From a virus, in the IMG/VR virus record IMGVR_UViG_3300042691_023183, positions 62,839 to 126,838 of that record: 64,000 nt of DNA. One strand, written 5' to 3'. Under the pieces are notes generated by a model that was given only the letters and a program-made list of their open reading frames with translations, did no database searches and was not told the origin of the DNA. Every line of letters begins with the position of its first letter. Position 1 is the first letter of the stretch. A program made the translations under genes and the position numbers. Shown piece after piece: positions 1-10,270 of the stretch.

Positions 1-134
1 TCATAATTTTTTTCACCAACAATTTCAGGTCCACTCGTTGCGATGATATCATAACCTGTTGCTCTATCAGTTCCTTTCTTAGGCAGGTTATCCACTGTTT
101 GATATGTTTCATTTTTTAATATTTGAATTTTCAT
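1..134 (-). CDS. dut: dUTPase, N-terminal part (runs off window edge)
   Basis: Hand translation MKIQILKNETYQTVDNLPKKGTDRATGYDII resembles the LP.r.t..aaGYDl motif 1; its ATG overlaps the upstream GT stop. Confidence 0.6.
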   Translation of the reverse strand, partial: MKIQILKNETYQTVDNLPKKGTDRATGYDIIATSGPEIVGEKNY

Positions 135-1102
135 ACAATTTCCTTTTGAACTTTTTCAATATCAACTTTACCGAAATCTACTCCCATACAATTATCTGGT
201 TGTATCTGTCCAACTTGTTCTTTGGTGGTGTGCAGAGTGAACTTTTCACTTGGTGTGAAATTTGCCAACGTGTAATCCATGGCTTTGATAAACTGGTTAC
301 ACATATTTACGGCGTTCAATCCACCTTCGTTTAGTGCCCATCTACGTCCTTCTTCACCACGACGAGTACGTTCTTCGTTTGGAATTAGGTACCAATACAT
401 CATGGCTTCTGCCAAATCACGGGGGTCAACCATATCATCAAAAATGTATGGAGTTTGATTACTACCATGCATATCGTGAACCCTTGGCCACACTGGCTTT
501 GCCCACACACCGTGTTTCTTATACTTTCCAACGTTATTGGTTCCAAACTCTTTGGTGAATTCAACAGGGTTACCATTGTCATCCACTTGTCCAATTTGAT
601 CTTGTAGACCACCGGTAACACTCACAATAACAGGAGTACCTGACATAATGGACTCGTTGACGCTCAATCCGAATCCTTCGTTACTGGAAGCGTTAATTGT
701 TACATCTGCCAAGTTATACATCAAGTTCATTTCTCCCGGTGTGATTTTACGTTGAGAGAAGTATACGACATAATCACGACAAATGGCTTCCTTGACTGCG
801 GGAAGATCAGTACCGTGACCGTTTTGACCAACGACTTCAGTATGTAGAATCAAACACACCTTCTTTGCGTCTTCTTTAGAAAGACTATCACAGAAAATTC
901 GGTATGCGAGAATTACATTTGAAACCTGTTTACGTTTGACGTTACGACTATTGAAAAAGATTGTATAATCGTATTCGTTACCGTTAAAGAATCTCTTCTT
1001 TCCTTCAATTAGGTTTTTATCGGACGTATCTACTGGTCGAAATACCTCACTATTAATTCCGTGGGGTACATAATGTAAAAGTGTTTTTCCTTTGATTGGC
1101 AT
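131..1102 (-). CDS. GT4-family glycosyltransferase, C-terminal (nucleotide-sugar binding) half
   Basis: YVPHG, SRNVKRK, EGFGLSVNE...GTPVIVSVTGGLQDQ (EX7E motif). Confidence 0.85.
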   Translation of the reverse strand: MPIKGKTLLHYVPHGINSEVFRPVDTSDKNLIEGKKRFFNGNEYDYTIFFNSRNVKRKQVSNVILAYRIFCDSLSKEDAKKVCLILHTEVVGQNGHGTDLPAVKEAICRDYVVYFSQRKITPGEMNLMYNLADVTINASSNEGFGLSVNESIMSGTPVIVSVTGGLQDQIGQVDDNGNPVEFTKEFGTNNVGKYKKHGVWAKPVWPRVHDMHGSNQTPYIFDDMVDPRDLAEAMMYWYLIPNEERTRRGEEGRRWALNEGGLNAVNMCNQFIKAMDYTLANFTPSEKFTLHTTKEQVGQIQPDNCMGVDFGKVDIEKVQKEIV

Positions 1103-1105
1103 ATA

Positions 1106-1657
1106 TTAAACGTTCTCCTTGATAATGTTACCGTCTTTGTCAAAATCACCGTCTAAAGTGGTACAGTTTTCAGGTCCAAGTACCCACTTATTGATGTTAT
1201 AAGTTTGTTTGCTGATACTAAACAACGCATCACAGCTTTCGTAGAATGGACGATTCCACATAGGATATGGTAGATCATCCCAAATATTAAGATATGTGAT
1301 GGGAATCTTCTTACGAAGTTCACGTTCAATCGCGTATAACCATCCCCAATAACGAGGATCTGTAAAATGCATAATTGCGTGAGGATTTTCTCTTGCAATA
1401 ACTGTATACAATATATCTTCGTTACCATATCCTGCGGTGGGATATAATGTAACATACGCATCTTGTACGTTTGTATTTTTCTTAATTTCATCACTAAGAT
1501 TTATAATCTTTCCTTGATCGGGATGGTTAATCGCTCCTGCGATTTGAACCCAATCATAATGATGAACTGTACCAATGACCAATTCACGACTCATAGTAGA
1601 TACACCACTATGCATACGCAAATCATCACTCAATAAAAGAATTTTCTTTTTTGCCAT
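1106..1657 (-). CDS. GT4-family glycosyltransferase, N-terminal half
   Basis: KKILLLSDDLRMHSGV, FTDPRYW, YLNIWDD, typical N-domain of phage GT-B enzymes. Confidence 0.75.
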   Translation of the reverse strand: MAKKKILLLSDDLRMHSGVSTMSRELVIGTVHHYDWVQIAGAINHPDQGKIINLSDEIKKNTNVQDAYVTLYPTAGYGNEDILYTVIARENPHAIMHFTDPRYWGWLYAIERELRKKIPITYLNIWDDLPYPMWNRPFYESCDALFSISKQTYNINKWVLGPENCTTLDGDFDKDGNIIKENV

Positions 1658-1663
1658 AACTTA

Positions 1664-1894
1664 TTATACTGTTTCTGATTGTGTTACACTTGATAGTTTT
1701 ATTTTTTGACTTTCGGTTGACAATACTGGAATATGATAATTCAATACTGTGTCTCTAAAGTTTGTATCAGTTAAAAACAAATGCATAGACCTATTGACTA
1801 GATCTTGCAAATGAAACTTGATATTGGAGGTGTTTTGTTTAAATTGATCGTACACCTCCGGTTCGATCTTGACGCTGGTTAGAACTTTTGCCAT
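1664..1894 (-). CDS. Small hypothetical protein, possibly ribbon-helix-helix DNA-binding
   Basis: Likely start MAKVLTSVKI; beta-alpha-alpha pattern LTSVKI..EVYDQFK..LQDLVNRSM. Confidence 0.55.
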   Translation of the reverse strand: MAKVLTSVKIEPEVYDQFKQNTSNIKFHLQDLVNRSMHLFLTDTNFRDTVLNYHIPVLSTESQKIKLSSVTQSETV

Positions 1895-1937
1895 AACTTT
1901 GTATATACGTATATATACGCAATACAAATGGTTATTT

Positions 1938-2855
1938 TTAATTGTCGTCTTTATCGTCTTTGGTTTCTTTTCCGTCACAGTTTGTCTTGTAGTGTGTACA
2001 ATACTTACAGTTCTTTTTAGCTTTACCCGGAACTTTTGGATAATAACCATCTTCCTTATAAGTTCCTTCCGGTGTAAAACATTCATCAATAAAGGATGTA
2101 AACGTCACCAACGACTTTGAAACATAGTTCTTAGCATTAGCCGGTTCAAAGATTTGAATTCGATTTTGTGGAAACGCAACATTCTCATACAACTTACGCT
2201 TTAGAATAAAAAACTCGACATCAATGGAATCCAAAGGAACATTGAACTGTTTGGAGTAAAACGCCTTGTACAACAATAACTGTGAATACTTACTTTCATC
2301 AGCAACCTGATACTTGTTCCACCCCATCGAACTTGTTTTGAAGTCCCAAATCTTGTATTTACCAGAAGTCTTATCACGTAGAATCAAGTCAACATACGCA
2401 ATAAACCGAACGTTATTCTTGATCGGTACATCCAATGGAACTTCAACTCCAATGAATTCATACTTCCGACTCGGAAAATACTTGATACGGTTGGCGGAAC
2501 TACTAAAGGTCTTTAGAATATCTTCACCATCAAACATGAATTCGGTAACGTCATCATCCGTATATGGTTCCTTCATGTTATCTTTTTCTTCGGAAAGAAT
2601 ACGGGTAAATTCCTCACGGAACTTTTTAACCAAATCTATTTCGTCTGCCACTTCTGCACCATCGGTGTACAATGACTTAATATAATCTTGAAGTGTATTA
2701 TGAATAGCGGTACCAAAACAAGTGTTTAGACTCGACTCATATACACGCAAACCTTTCAAATAATTAAGATACCAACTATGAGGACACTTGAACCATCCTG
2801 AATATTGTGAAAAGCTGACCGTCTTTTTGTTTTTTTCTTCTATAATTTCAGACAT
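1938..2855 (-). CDS. PD-(D/E)XK nuclease (RecB/AddB/Cas4-like exonuclease)
   Basis: SFSQY..W.KCP, GTAIH, E...YVDL..IWDFKTS, QLLLY, C-terminal CKYC..C cluster. Confidence 0.85.
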   Translation of the reverse strand: MSEIIEEKNKKTVSFSQYSGWFKCPHSWYLNYLKGLRVYESSLNTCFGTAIHNTLQDYIKSLYTDGAEVADEIDLVKKFREEFTRILSEEKDNMKEPYTDDDVTEFMFDGEDILKTFSSSANRIKYFPSRKYEFIGVEVPLDVPIKNNVRFIAYVDLILRDKTSGKYKIWDFKTSSMGWNKYQVADESKYSQLLLYKAFYSKQFNVPLDSIDVEFFILKRKLYENVAFPQNRIQIFEPANAKNYVSKSLVTFTSFIDECFTPEGTYKEDGYYPKVPGKAKKNCKYCTHYKTNCDGKETKDDKDDN

Positions 2856-2906
2856 ACTTATATACAGTATCATGTACGAACTTGAAAGTCTACATCTTCT
2901 AATTCT

Positions 2907-3662
2907 ATGCGAAATATAATATTTACCCTACTGTTTACTTTAACCACTTACGCCAACGGTGTCTTTTATGTCCAAAAATCAAGTGGAGAAACCGTTTTGG
3001 AAAATGTGGCAAATAATGTTTTGTCCACTAATTCTCCGGTTGTGGGTCAAACATACACCGCCAACGGACAAAATTATGCTTTCAAAACTTCAACCAACTC
3101 GGAAGTAACTGTGGCATTTTCCAACGACGTGTTTGTTAAAGTCAAAGAATCGGCCCATGTAACCCTTGATAATTTTGATCAAACCTTCATCAATATCTCT
3201 TCTCTACCAGAAAAAGCTAAGTACGAGACATACTCAAAATCGTTATCGTTAATCGAAGGTGAACTTGATGTCTACTCAGATCAAGGTGGCAATTCCGAAT
3301 CAATCTCTACCATCAACACCAAACTTGCATCGATTATACTGTCCAAGGGCAAATTCGTCGTACAAGCCGATGATCGTACCACCGTGATTATTGTTCTTGA
3401 AGGGTCCGCTGTTATTTTGGATAATTCATCCAAGAGAAAAGAAAGCGTTAAAGCCAACCAAACCGTGGTGATTGTACCCGCTCCAAAGTTTCAAGGACGT
3501 GGAGTGGATACCATGCGTCGTGGCAATATTTTCTCAATTAAAGAAACTGTGAATGGTGACTCTGAGTCCTATCTATTGGGAGTTAATGCCGTAGTTGAAG
3601 ATTCCAAGAACGTTCGATTTTGTATAATCGACAAAAACGTTCGTGGTGTTAAAATTAATTGA
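2907..3662 (+). CDS. Secreted FecR-domain-like beta protein
   Basis: N-terminal signal peptide; LIEGEL, INTKLASI, GKFVV, IIVLEGSA..V.anQ FecR-like pattern. Confidence 0.6.
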   Translation: MRNIIFTLLFTLTTYANGVFYVQKSSGETVLENVANNVLSTNSPVVGQTYTANGQNYAFKTSTNSEVTVAFSNDVFVKVKESAHVTLDNFDQTFINISSLPEKAKYETYSKSLSLIEGELDVYSDQGGNSESISTINTKLASIILSKGKFVVQADDRTTVIIVLEGSAVILDNSSKRKESVKANQTVVIVPAPKFQGRGVDTMRRGNIFSIKETVNGDSESYLLGVNAVVEDSKNVRFCIIDKNVRGVKIN

Positions 3663-3687
3663 CTTTTTGACCACCATAGAATAAGGT
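3659..3687 (+). promoter_or_regulatory. sigma70-like promoter
   Basis: TTGACT-N17-TAAGGT just upstream of the 3694 ORF and polymerase. Confidence 0.45.
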
Positions 3688-3693
3688 TATAAG

Positions 3694-3927
3694 ATGACAT
3701 TAGAAGAATTGCAGTCCCTTAACGAGGATGAAACTGCCATGTTATGGTACATGGTAAATAAAATTGGAAGACCTGCCATCTATGGTATAGAATTGGAACC
3801 ATCAGTATTTCCATCAATTAGTCGTTTTTGGTTGGCAGAAAAGATTTTGGCATCTAAAGATTCTGTTAAACCGGAACACCTTCCTATCTATGAGAGTCTG
3901 ACATCCAAGTTGGGTTATATCAAATAA
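3694..3927 (+). CDS. Hypothetical protein
   Basis: 77-aa ORF in operon with polymerase. Confidence 0.7.
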   Translation: MTLEELQSLNEDETAMLWYMVNKIGRPAIYGIELEPSVFPSISRFWLAEKILASKDSVKPEHLPIYESLTSKLGYIK

Positions 3928-3930
3928 GTT

Positions 3931-6477
3931 ATGTATCAAAATATTTATATCGACAAGAAGACTGAAACCGTACACCTTTGGGATGACCAAAAGGGATATG
4001 TTACGTTCCCGATGCCTAAGTATGCGTACCGTAAGAAGACGGGTGGACGTTATCGTTCTGTTTATGGCGACGAGCTAGAAAAGGTCACCAATTTTAATCG
4101 TAATGATCCTTCAATCTTTGAAGGTGATGTTCCTCCCGAAACACGGGTATTGATTGACGCTTACGAAGATAGTGATGAACCTTCCAAAGGACATCGTGTG
4201 GTGTTTTTCGACATTGAGGTCAGTTCTGAAGGTGGATTTCCTGTTATTGAAGAAGGTGACAAGGAACTGACGGCTATTGCTTTGTATGACGGTGCTGCAT
4301 CCAAGTATACAGCGTTCATCTTGGATAAAGATGGAAAACTTAAAGACAGTGAAACTTCCGATACGATTATTCAAAGTTTTGATAATGAGGAATCGTTGAT
4401 CAGTCACTTTATGAATAAGTGGGAGGAAATTCAACCCACAATTATCACCGGTTGGAACATCGACGGGTTTGACGTTCCTTATCTGTATAATCGAATCAAA
4501 CGGGTGATGGGTACAAACTTCGCTAAGAGGTTGAGTCCTATCCGTGAATGTTACTACAACAATTTCTCTAAACGAATGGTTGTTGCTGGTATTTCGTGTA
4601 TGGACTATATCGAACTATACAAGAAGTTCAGTGGCAAAAACGAACCAAGTTATACACTCGGTGCGATTGGTAAGAAAGTGGTCAATATTGACAAGATCAC
4701 TTATACCGGAAGTCTTAATGATTTGTACCGGGATGACATTCAAAAGTACATTGAGTACAACCTGAATGACGTTAAGATCGTGGTTGCTCTTGATAAGAAA
4801 CTACAATTCATCGATCTTGCACGTCGTATTTGTCATACTGGACATGTTGGTTATGAACAGTTTGGAACTTCATCACGTTATCTTGAAGGTGCTATATTGA
4901 TGTATCTACGTCGTCAAGGTCGTGTTGCTCCTAATAAACCATTGGAAGGACGTGAAGAATATGAACAACGAATGGAAGACGGTGAAGAAGGATTTGAAGG
5001 AGCTTATGTTAAACCTCCTGTTCCGGGTCGTTATGATTGGGTGTTTGATTTGGATCTCACATCAATGTATCCGAATATCATCATCAGTCTTAACATCAGT
5101 CCTGAGACCAAGATAGCTAAGGTCGAAAACTGGAACGCTGAAGATTTTGTTCGTGGTAAATTGACCGAGGTAATTCTCAGTGGTCAAAAGTATTCTGCTC
5201 AGGATTTCAGTGAAATGTTGATTCAGAATAACCTCAGCGTTGCTAGTAACGGAGCAGTGTATAAACTTCCAAAGGGAGAAGGTGAAGAGGGTACTATTCC
5301 AAGTATTCTTATCAAGTGGTTCAATGAACGTAAAGAAATGCGTAAGTTGGCCAAGAAACACGCTGATGCTAAAGAATGGGAAATGTATGAGTTCTACGAT
5401 CAACGTCAGAAGGTTCAAAAGATCTTGTTAAACTCCATTTATGGGTGTTTGGGTCTTCCCGTGTTTCGTTTTTATGATAAGGACAACGCTGAGGCAGTTA
5501 CCTTGAGTGGTGTCAGCATCATTAAGACTGCGAATATGGCAATCAACCAGTATTACAAGAATGTCTTGGGTGAAGAGGCTAAGGGTAACGATTATGTTAT
5601 CTACGTTGATACCGATTCTTGTTTTGCCAGTGCGTTGCCTATTATCAAGAAAACGATGCCGGATATTGATATGGAAGATGAAAAACAAATGACGGAGGCG
5701 ATTCTCAAGGTAACTGGAGAAGCTCAGACTTATGTCAACAAGATGTTTGACATTATGTCACTTCGTTTGTTTAACGTGAAGAAACATAGGTTTGACGCAA
5801 AACAAGAGGTGATTGCCAAGTCATCGTTTTGGTTGGCGAAGAAACGGTATTGTCAGTTCATTATTAACAAGGGTGGAGTTGAGTGTGACGAATTGGAAGT
5901 TAAGGGTATTGACGTTGTTAGAACGTCGTTTCCTGCCAAGTTTCGTACCTTTATGAAACAGTTCTTGATTGATCTTTTGAAGAAGGTTGATCAGGAGACC
6001 ATTAACAACAACATTCTACAGTTCAAAGAGGACATGAAGGACTTTGGTGTTATTGAACTGGCGAAGAATACCAGTGTAAAGTTTAAGAGTGATGCGACAA
6101 AAAAGGTGGATTACAATCCTAAGAGTCGTCAACCTTTTCAAATCATTTCAGGTACTCCTGCTCAGGTTAAGGCAGCATTGTATTATAACGATCTATTGGC
6201 ACAGTTTAATTTGACCAAGATTATTCCTCCGATATTTCATGGTCAGAAGATTAAGTGGGTATATCTAAAACAGAATGAGTATGGTATTGAGTGTCTTGCT
6301 ATGAAGGCGGACGGTACTGATCCTCAACCGATTATGGATATTATCACAAAGTATATGGATCGTGATACCATGTATGAACAAGAGTTGAAGAGTAAACTTG
6401 TTGATTTTTACGAGGTGTTAAATTGGGAGTACCCAAATTCAAATTGGAAAGCTGCATCTGCATTTTTTGAGTTTTGA
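3931..6477 (+). CDS. Family B DNA polymerase (T4 gp43-like)
   Basis: ExoI FDIE, ExoII GWNIDGFD, ExoIII YNLND, DLTSMYP, KILLNSIYG, YVDTDS; no intein visible. Confidence 0.98.
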   Translation: MYQNIYIDKKTETVHLWDDQKGYVTFPMPKYAYRKKTGGRYRSVYGDELEKVTNFNRNDPSIFEGDVPPETRVLIDAYEDSDEPSKGHRVVFFDIEVSSEGGFPVIEEGDKELTAIALYDGAASKYTAFILDKDGKLKDSETSDTIIQSFDNEESLISHFMNKWEEIQPTIITGWNIDGFDVPYLYNRIKRVMGTNFAKRLSPIRECYYNNFSKRMVVAGISCMDYIELYKKFSGKNEPSYTLGAIGKKVVNIDKITYTGSLNDLYRDDIQKYIEYNLNDVKIVVALDKKLQFIDLARRICHTGHVGYEQFGTSSRYLEGAILMYLRRQGRVAPNKPLEGREEYEQRMEDGEEGFEGAYVKPPVPGRYDWVFDLDLTSMYPNIIISLNISPETKIAKVENWNAEDFVRGKLTEVILSGQKYSAQDFSEMLIQNNLSVASNGAVYKLPKGEGEEGTIPSILIKWFNERKEMRKLAKKHADAKEWEMYEFYDQRQKVQKILLNSIYGCLGLPVFRFYDKDNAEAVTLSGVSIIKTANMAINQYYKNVLGEEAKGNDYVIYVDTDSCFASALPIIKKTMPDIDMEDEKQMTEAILKVTGEAQTYVNKMFDIMSLRLFNVKKHRFDAKQEVIAKSSFWLAKKRYCQFIINKGGVECDELEVKGIDVVRTSFPAKFRTFMKQFLIDLLKKVDQETINNNILQFKEDMKDFGVIELAKNTSVKFKSDATKKVDYNPKSRQPFQIISGTPAQVKAALYYNDLLAQFNLTKIIPPIFHGQKIKWVYLKQNEYGIECLAMKADGTDPQPIMDIITKYMDRDTMYEQELKSKLVDFYEVLNWEYPNSNWKAASAFFEF

Positions 6478-7250
6478 TTATGAATATTGCTATTTTGATG
6501 TCAGGAAGAACCGAACGGTTTAATTTTGTTTTAGATTTGAATAAAAGCAATTTGATCCAACCACTTTTGGATTCGGGTCATAAAGTTGATATGTTTGGAT
6601 CTTTCTGGGATGAACATGATACAGAATCATGTATTCACGCATTTCAACCCCATTTGAAAGTTACTGACATTGAAACGTTTACACCTTTCACTTGTGGTAT
6701 GATTAATAATTTTAACGAACATGAAGAACGTATTAAGAAGTATCAAAATGATAGTAAACTTTCAAATACATTGTATTGGCTTTATAAGTTGAATCGTTTA
6801 TATAAAATTGTTAAACAGTATGAACGTATGAATAGTATAAAATATGACTATTATGTTCGTATTCGTCCTGACGTTGGATTGAGATATCCATTTAATGTAG
6901 ATGATTTAAATCACTTAACGGATGATTCTATTATTACCCACGTTGACCACGTAGTTAATTCGGGTGGTAAGATATATGGGTGTGGAGAAGGATGGATAGA
7001 TGACAATTTCTGTATTGCTAAACAACATCCATTTGAGGTCTATTGTAGTGTCTACGATGATATACTGTCACTCTGTGATATGTGTCAGAACTGTATATCT
7101 CATTTGTTGTTTAAAAAACAATTTGAATTGAAGAATATAAAAACATTGCTTCCTAATTCGCCATTAATTATAGTTCATAAAACCCATATGGGTATACAAC
7201 TGTTTACTTACTTTGAATATGTGTACCCAAATTTTGGTGTTACCCGGTAA
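6474..7250 (+). CDS. Putative glycosyltransferase-like / glycan-modifying protein
   Basis: IAILMSGR.R and YDYYVRIRPD motifs common in viral glycan loci. Confidence 0.55.
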   Translation: MIMNIAILMSGRTERFNFVLDLNKSNLIQPLLDSGHKVDMFGSFWDEHDTESCIHAFQPHLKVTDIETFTPFTCGMINNFNEHEERIKKYQNDSKLSNTLYWLYKLNRLYKIVKQYERMNSIKYDYYVRIRPDVGLRYPFNVDDLNHLTDDSIITHVDHVVNSGGKIYGCGEGWIDDNFCIAKQHPFEVYCSVYDDILSLCDMCQNCISHLLFKKQFELKNIKTLLPNSPLIIVHKTHMGIQLFTYFEYVYPNFGVTR

Positions 7251-7388
7251 GTGTGATTGAGTTAATTATTTTTGATTTGGATAAAGTTTTGGTTGAAACA
7301 AATATTGAAAATATGTGGGGTGGGAAAACTAGAAGAGTAAAAAATTATATTAAGTAAAACGATTAAATATAAATTAGTTATAATTGTT

Positions 7389-8600
7389 ATGATAACCAAA
7401 TCGATAAAAGAACTTATTTTTGTTAACCGGAACACTGTGTTTTCTGGTAACATTGTTACATATTATATTAAATCTAAAACGGATTTATTTGATGCGGCTA
7501 AAGCTATTGCATTGGGACAAAGTGTTGGGAACCCAGAAAAAAGATCCGAATTTGAAAGCAACGAATTGTTTGAAACATTTTGTGCCAAAGTTATTATAGA
7601 CGACGTTGATTTTTCTAAAAATGAAGGATCGGTTGATATTTATTATCCAGACTCCAATTTCAATTATCAAGAAGATGGAATAACACATTTTTTAACCACT
7701 ATTATGGGTGGACAAGTTGATATTGACATCATTCAAAAATGTCGAATAACAAACATACAGTTTTCAAATAAATTCACATCCATATTTAATGGACCGAATC
7801 TTGGTTTATATGAAATGCGGCAGTTGTGTAACATCAATGATAAAACACCGTTATTTGGTGGAATTATCAAACCGAAAATCGGACTTAATGTAAATGATTA
7901 TGTAGAAGTTGTTAAAATTTATGCGGATAATGGATGTAATTTTATCAAAGAGGATGAAATTTTATCAAATCAATCGTTTTGTTCAATTGAAAAACGACTT
8001 GAAAAGATTGGTGATTATCTTAGAACCAACAACATTAAGATGGTCTATGCACCATCGATAACGTGTGACCATTTATATTTAGAGGACCGTATACGTAAAG
8101 TCCATAATATGGGAATAAACGGTATCCACATCAATATTCATAGTGGATACGGTGCATATAAATTGGCAAAAGATCTTAATCTATCTATGTTTTTACATTA
8201 TCAGAAAAGTGGAGATAGGTTATGGACAAATCCACAACACGATTATTCTATAGATGAATCAGTTTTGTTTGAAATTGCAAGTCGATGTGGATGTTCTACA
8301 CTTCATGTTGGTATGATTGGTGGATATTTAAATAGCGATTCTGATAGTTTGAAGAAAACTATAAAGAAACTAGTTGAATTAAATTCTGTGCCAGCTTTAA
8401 GTTGTGGAATGCATCCGGGGTTAATTGAATATATTAAATCCGAACTTGGTCATCCAAACTGGATGGCAAATGTTGGTGGATCAATTTCATCACATCCGAT
8501 GGGTAGTAAAGCTGGCGTAAAAGCGATGGTCCAATCGATTCAAAAAACATACGGTGATGAATATTACACAGCAATTGAAACGTGGGGATTAAAGAAATGA
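7389..8600 (+). CDS. RuBisCO-like protein (form IV RLP)
   Basis: GGIIKPKIGL, FIKEDE, LHYQKSG, LHVG, PALSCGMHPG, NVGG.I..HPMG: RuBisCO TIM-barrel motifs with non-carboxylase substitutions. Confidence 0.92.
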   Translation: MITKSIKELIFVNRNTVFSGNIVTYYIKSKTDLFDAAKAIALGQSVGNPEKRSEFESNELFETFCAKVIIDDVDFSKNEGSVDIYYPDSNFNYQEDGITHFLTTIMGGQVDIDIIQKCRITNIQFSNKFTSIFNGPNLGLYEMRQLCNINDKTPLFGGIIKPKIGLNVNDYVEVVKIYADNGCNFIKEDEILSNQSFCSIEKRLEKIGDYLRTNNIKMVYAPSITCDHLYLEDRIRKVHNMGINGIHINIHSGYGAYKLAKDLNLSMFLHYQKSGDRLWTNPQHDYSIDESVLFEIASRCGCSTLHVGMIGGYLNSDSDSLKKTIKKLVELNSVPALSCGMHPGLIEYIKSELGHPNWMANVGGSISSHPMGSKAGVKAMVQSIQKTYGDEYYTAIETWGLKK

Positions 8601-9322
8601 CTTTAAACGTTGTTATACCAGCTGCTGGTCTTGGTACTCGATTTAATACCACAATTCCAAAACCTTTACTGGATGTTAATGGATCTCCGATGTTAGCGAG
8701 AGTTATAAATAACTTTCATCATCGTGATGTAAAGTTTTTTGTATGCATTCTTAAAGAGCATCAACAGAAATTTAATATCATAGATAATGTAAAAACATAC
8801 TGTGACACATCATCGATCAACTATGTTATCATTGATGAACTTACAGATGGACCTGCTCGAACATCCTATTTTGTAAAACAACATATTAATGTCGATGAAC
8901 CATTGATCGTGACAAATTGTGATCAGGTTATTTTTGATTTGGATTTGGATAAACTAACGTCTTTTTCAGAAAAGAAATCAGCAGATGGAGTCGTTGGGAC
9001 GTTTTATTCAAATAGTCCAAAAAATAGTTATATTAGATTAAATGATGATGGGTTAGTTACACAAGTTAGAGAAAAAGAGGTTATTAGTAATTATGCTACA
9101 AACGGACTTCATTTTTGGTCAAAAGGATCTTATTTCTTTGAGTCATGTGACGAAATGTTTTCTCGAAATGACAGAGTAAATAATGAGTTTTATGTTGGAC
9201 CAAGTTACAACTATATGATCAACAAAGGAATGAAAGTTGTTCAATATTTTTTCAATGAACATTTTCCAATAGGAATCCCACAAGATTTAGAGTTATTTAA
9301 AAAAATAGATGAAAATATTTGA
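8597..9322 (+). CDS. NDP-sugar pyrophosphorylase / nucleotidyltransferase (GT-A fold)
   Basis: VIPAAGLGTRF..PKPLL, NCDQ, EK..IS, NNEFYV; ATGA overlap with RLP stop. Confidence 0.88.
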   Translation: MTLNVVIPAAGLGTRFNTTIPKPLLDVNGSPMLARVINNFHHRDVKFFVCILKEHQQKFNIIDNVKTYCDTSSINYVIIDELTDGPARTSYFVKQHINVDEPLIVTNCDQVIFDLDLDKLTSFSEKKSADGVVGTFYSNSPKNSYIRLNDDGLVTQVREKEVISNYATNGLHFWSKGSYFFESCDEMFSRNDRVNNEFYVGPSYNYMINKGMKVVQYFFNEHFPIGIPQDLELFKKIDENI

Positions 9323-9635
9323 TTCAAAACCGTTTATGGATAAAGGCGGTTGGTTTATTGGAGATTTCGAACCAACTGTTTTTAAAACGACTGCATTTGA
9401 GGTTTCATACAAACTCCATTATAAAGGAGAGAGTTGGCCAACTCACCACCATAAGGTAAGTGAAGAAATAAACTTTCTAATTCGTGGTAGAATGACTATT
9501 AATGATGTAGTTATTAATGTTGGAACCATATTCATCATTGATCGATATGAATCGATAAAACCAGTATTTCTGGAAGATTGTGAACTAATTGTTGTGAAAG
9601 TTCCGTCTTCGAAAAATGACAAATATGAAGATTAA
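9309..9635 (+). CDS. Cupin-domain protein (sugar isomerase/epimerase-like)
   Basis: GWFIGDFEP, HHHK..EE.N...G.M cupin metal motif. Confidence 0.75.
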   Translation: MKIFDSKPFMDKGGWFIGDFEPTVFKTTAFEVSYKLHYKGESWPTHHHKVSEEINFLIRGRMTINDVVINVGTIFIIDRYESIKPVFLEDCELIVVKVPSSKNDKYED

Positions 9636-9637
9636 TT

Positions 9638-10270
9638 ATGAGCAATATAGATCAAAATTTATACGTTAAGAATACATCAAATGTTAATGGACTTTCTTAT
9701 CTACCATCTTTCAAAAATGAATATGATAACGACGTTGACTGGCCCCGATGGTTTGATGTAAAAAACGGGATTCCAAATGAAATTAGTGATGCGAACAAAG
9801 AAGCATTGGATGATATTCTACGTAAGGTCAATGTAAAAAACGTCATTGAAATTGGTATTTCTCGTAATGATACAAGATCTTTTACCACACAACTACTTTA
9901 CGCAAAGAAAGGAATTTATTGTGGAATTGATATTGAGGACAAAACATTTTTGAATGATCATTTAAATCGTGTATATACAATCAAAGCTAATTCACATGAT
10001 CAATCAACTATACGTTCATATTTAAATACCATTGGATTGAAAAAATGTTCTGTATTATTTATCGATGGATGGCACTCGGTTAATACTGTTATTAATGACT
10101 GGAAATATACAGATTTGCTTGATGACAATGGTGTCGTTATTTTTCATGATACTAACTATCATCCGGGTCCAAATCTTATTATTGATGCAATTGATCGATC
10201 CATGTATAGGGTAGTAAAGTATTGTGATGGTGGTTGTGATTGGGGTATTGCAGCTGCGTATAATTTATGA
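9638..10270 (+). CDS. Class I SAM-dependent methyltransferase (Methyltransf_24-like)
   Basis: VIEIG, GIDI, LFIDGWHS, GVVIFHD. Confidence 0.8.
   Translation: MSNIDQNLYVKNTSNVNGLSYLPSFKNEYDNDVDWPRWFDVKNGIPNEISDANKEALDDILRKVNVKNVIEIGISRNDTRSFTTQLLYAKKGIYCGIDIEDKTFLNDHLNRVYTIKANSHDQSTIRSYLNTIGLKKCSVLFIDGWHSVNTVINDWKYTDLLDDNGVVIFHDTNYHPGPNLIIDAIDRSMYRVVKYCDGGCDWGIAAAYNL

Noticed and set aside
1938-2855. Cas4 as part of a CRISPR-Cas system
   Set aside because: No repeat-spacer array or other cas genes seen; standalone phage nuclease
7389-8600. Bona fide CO2-fixing RuBisCO
   Set aside because: KEDE instead of KDDE, HYQK instead of HxHR, no loop-6 Lys evident, no small subunit or PRK; form IV-like
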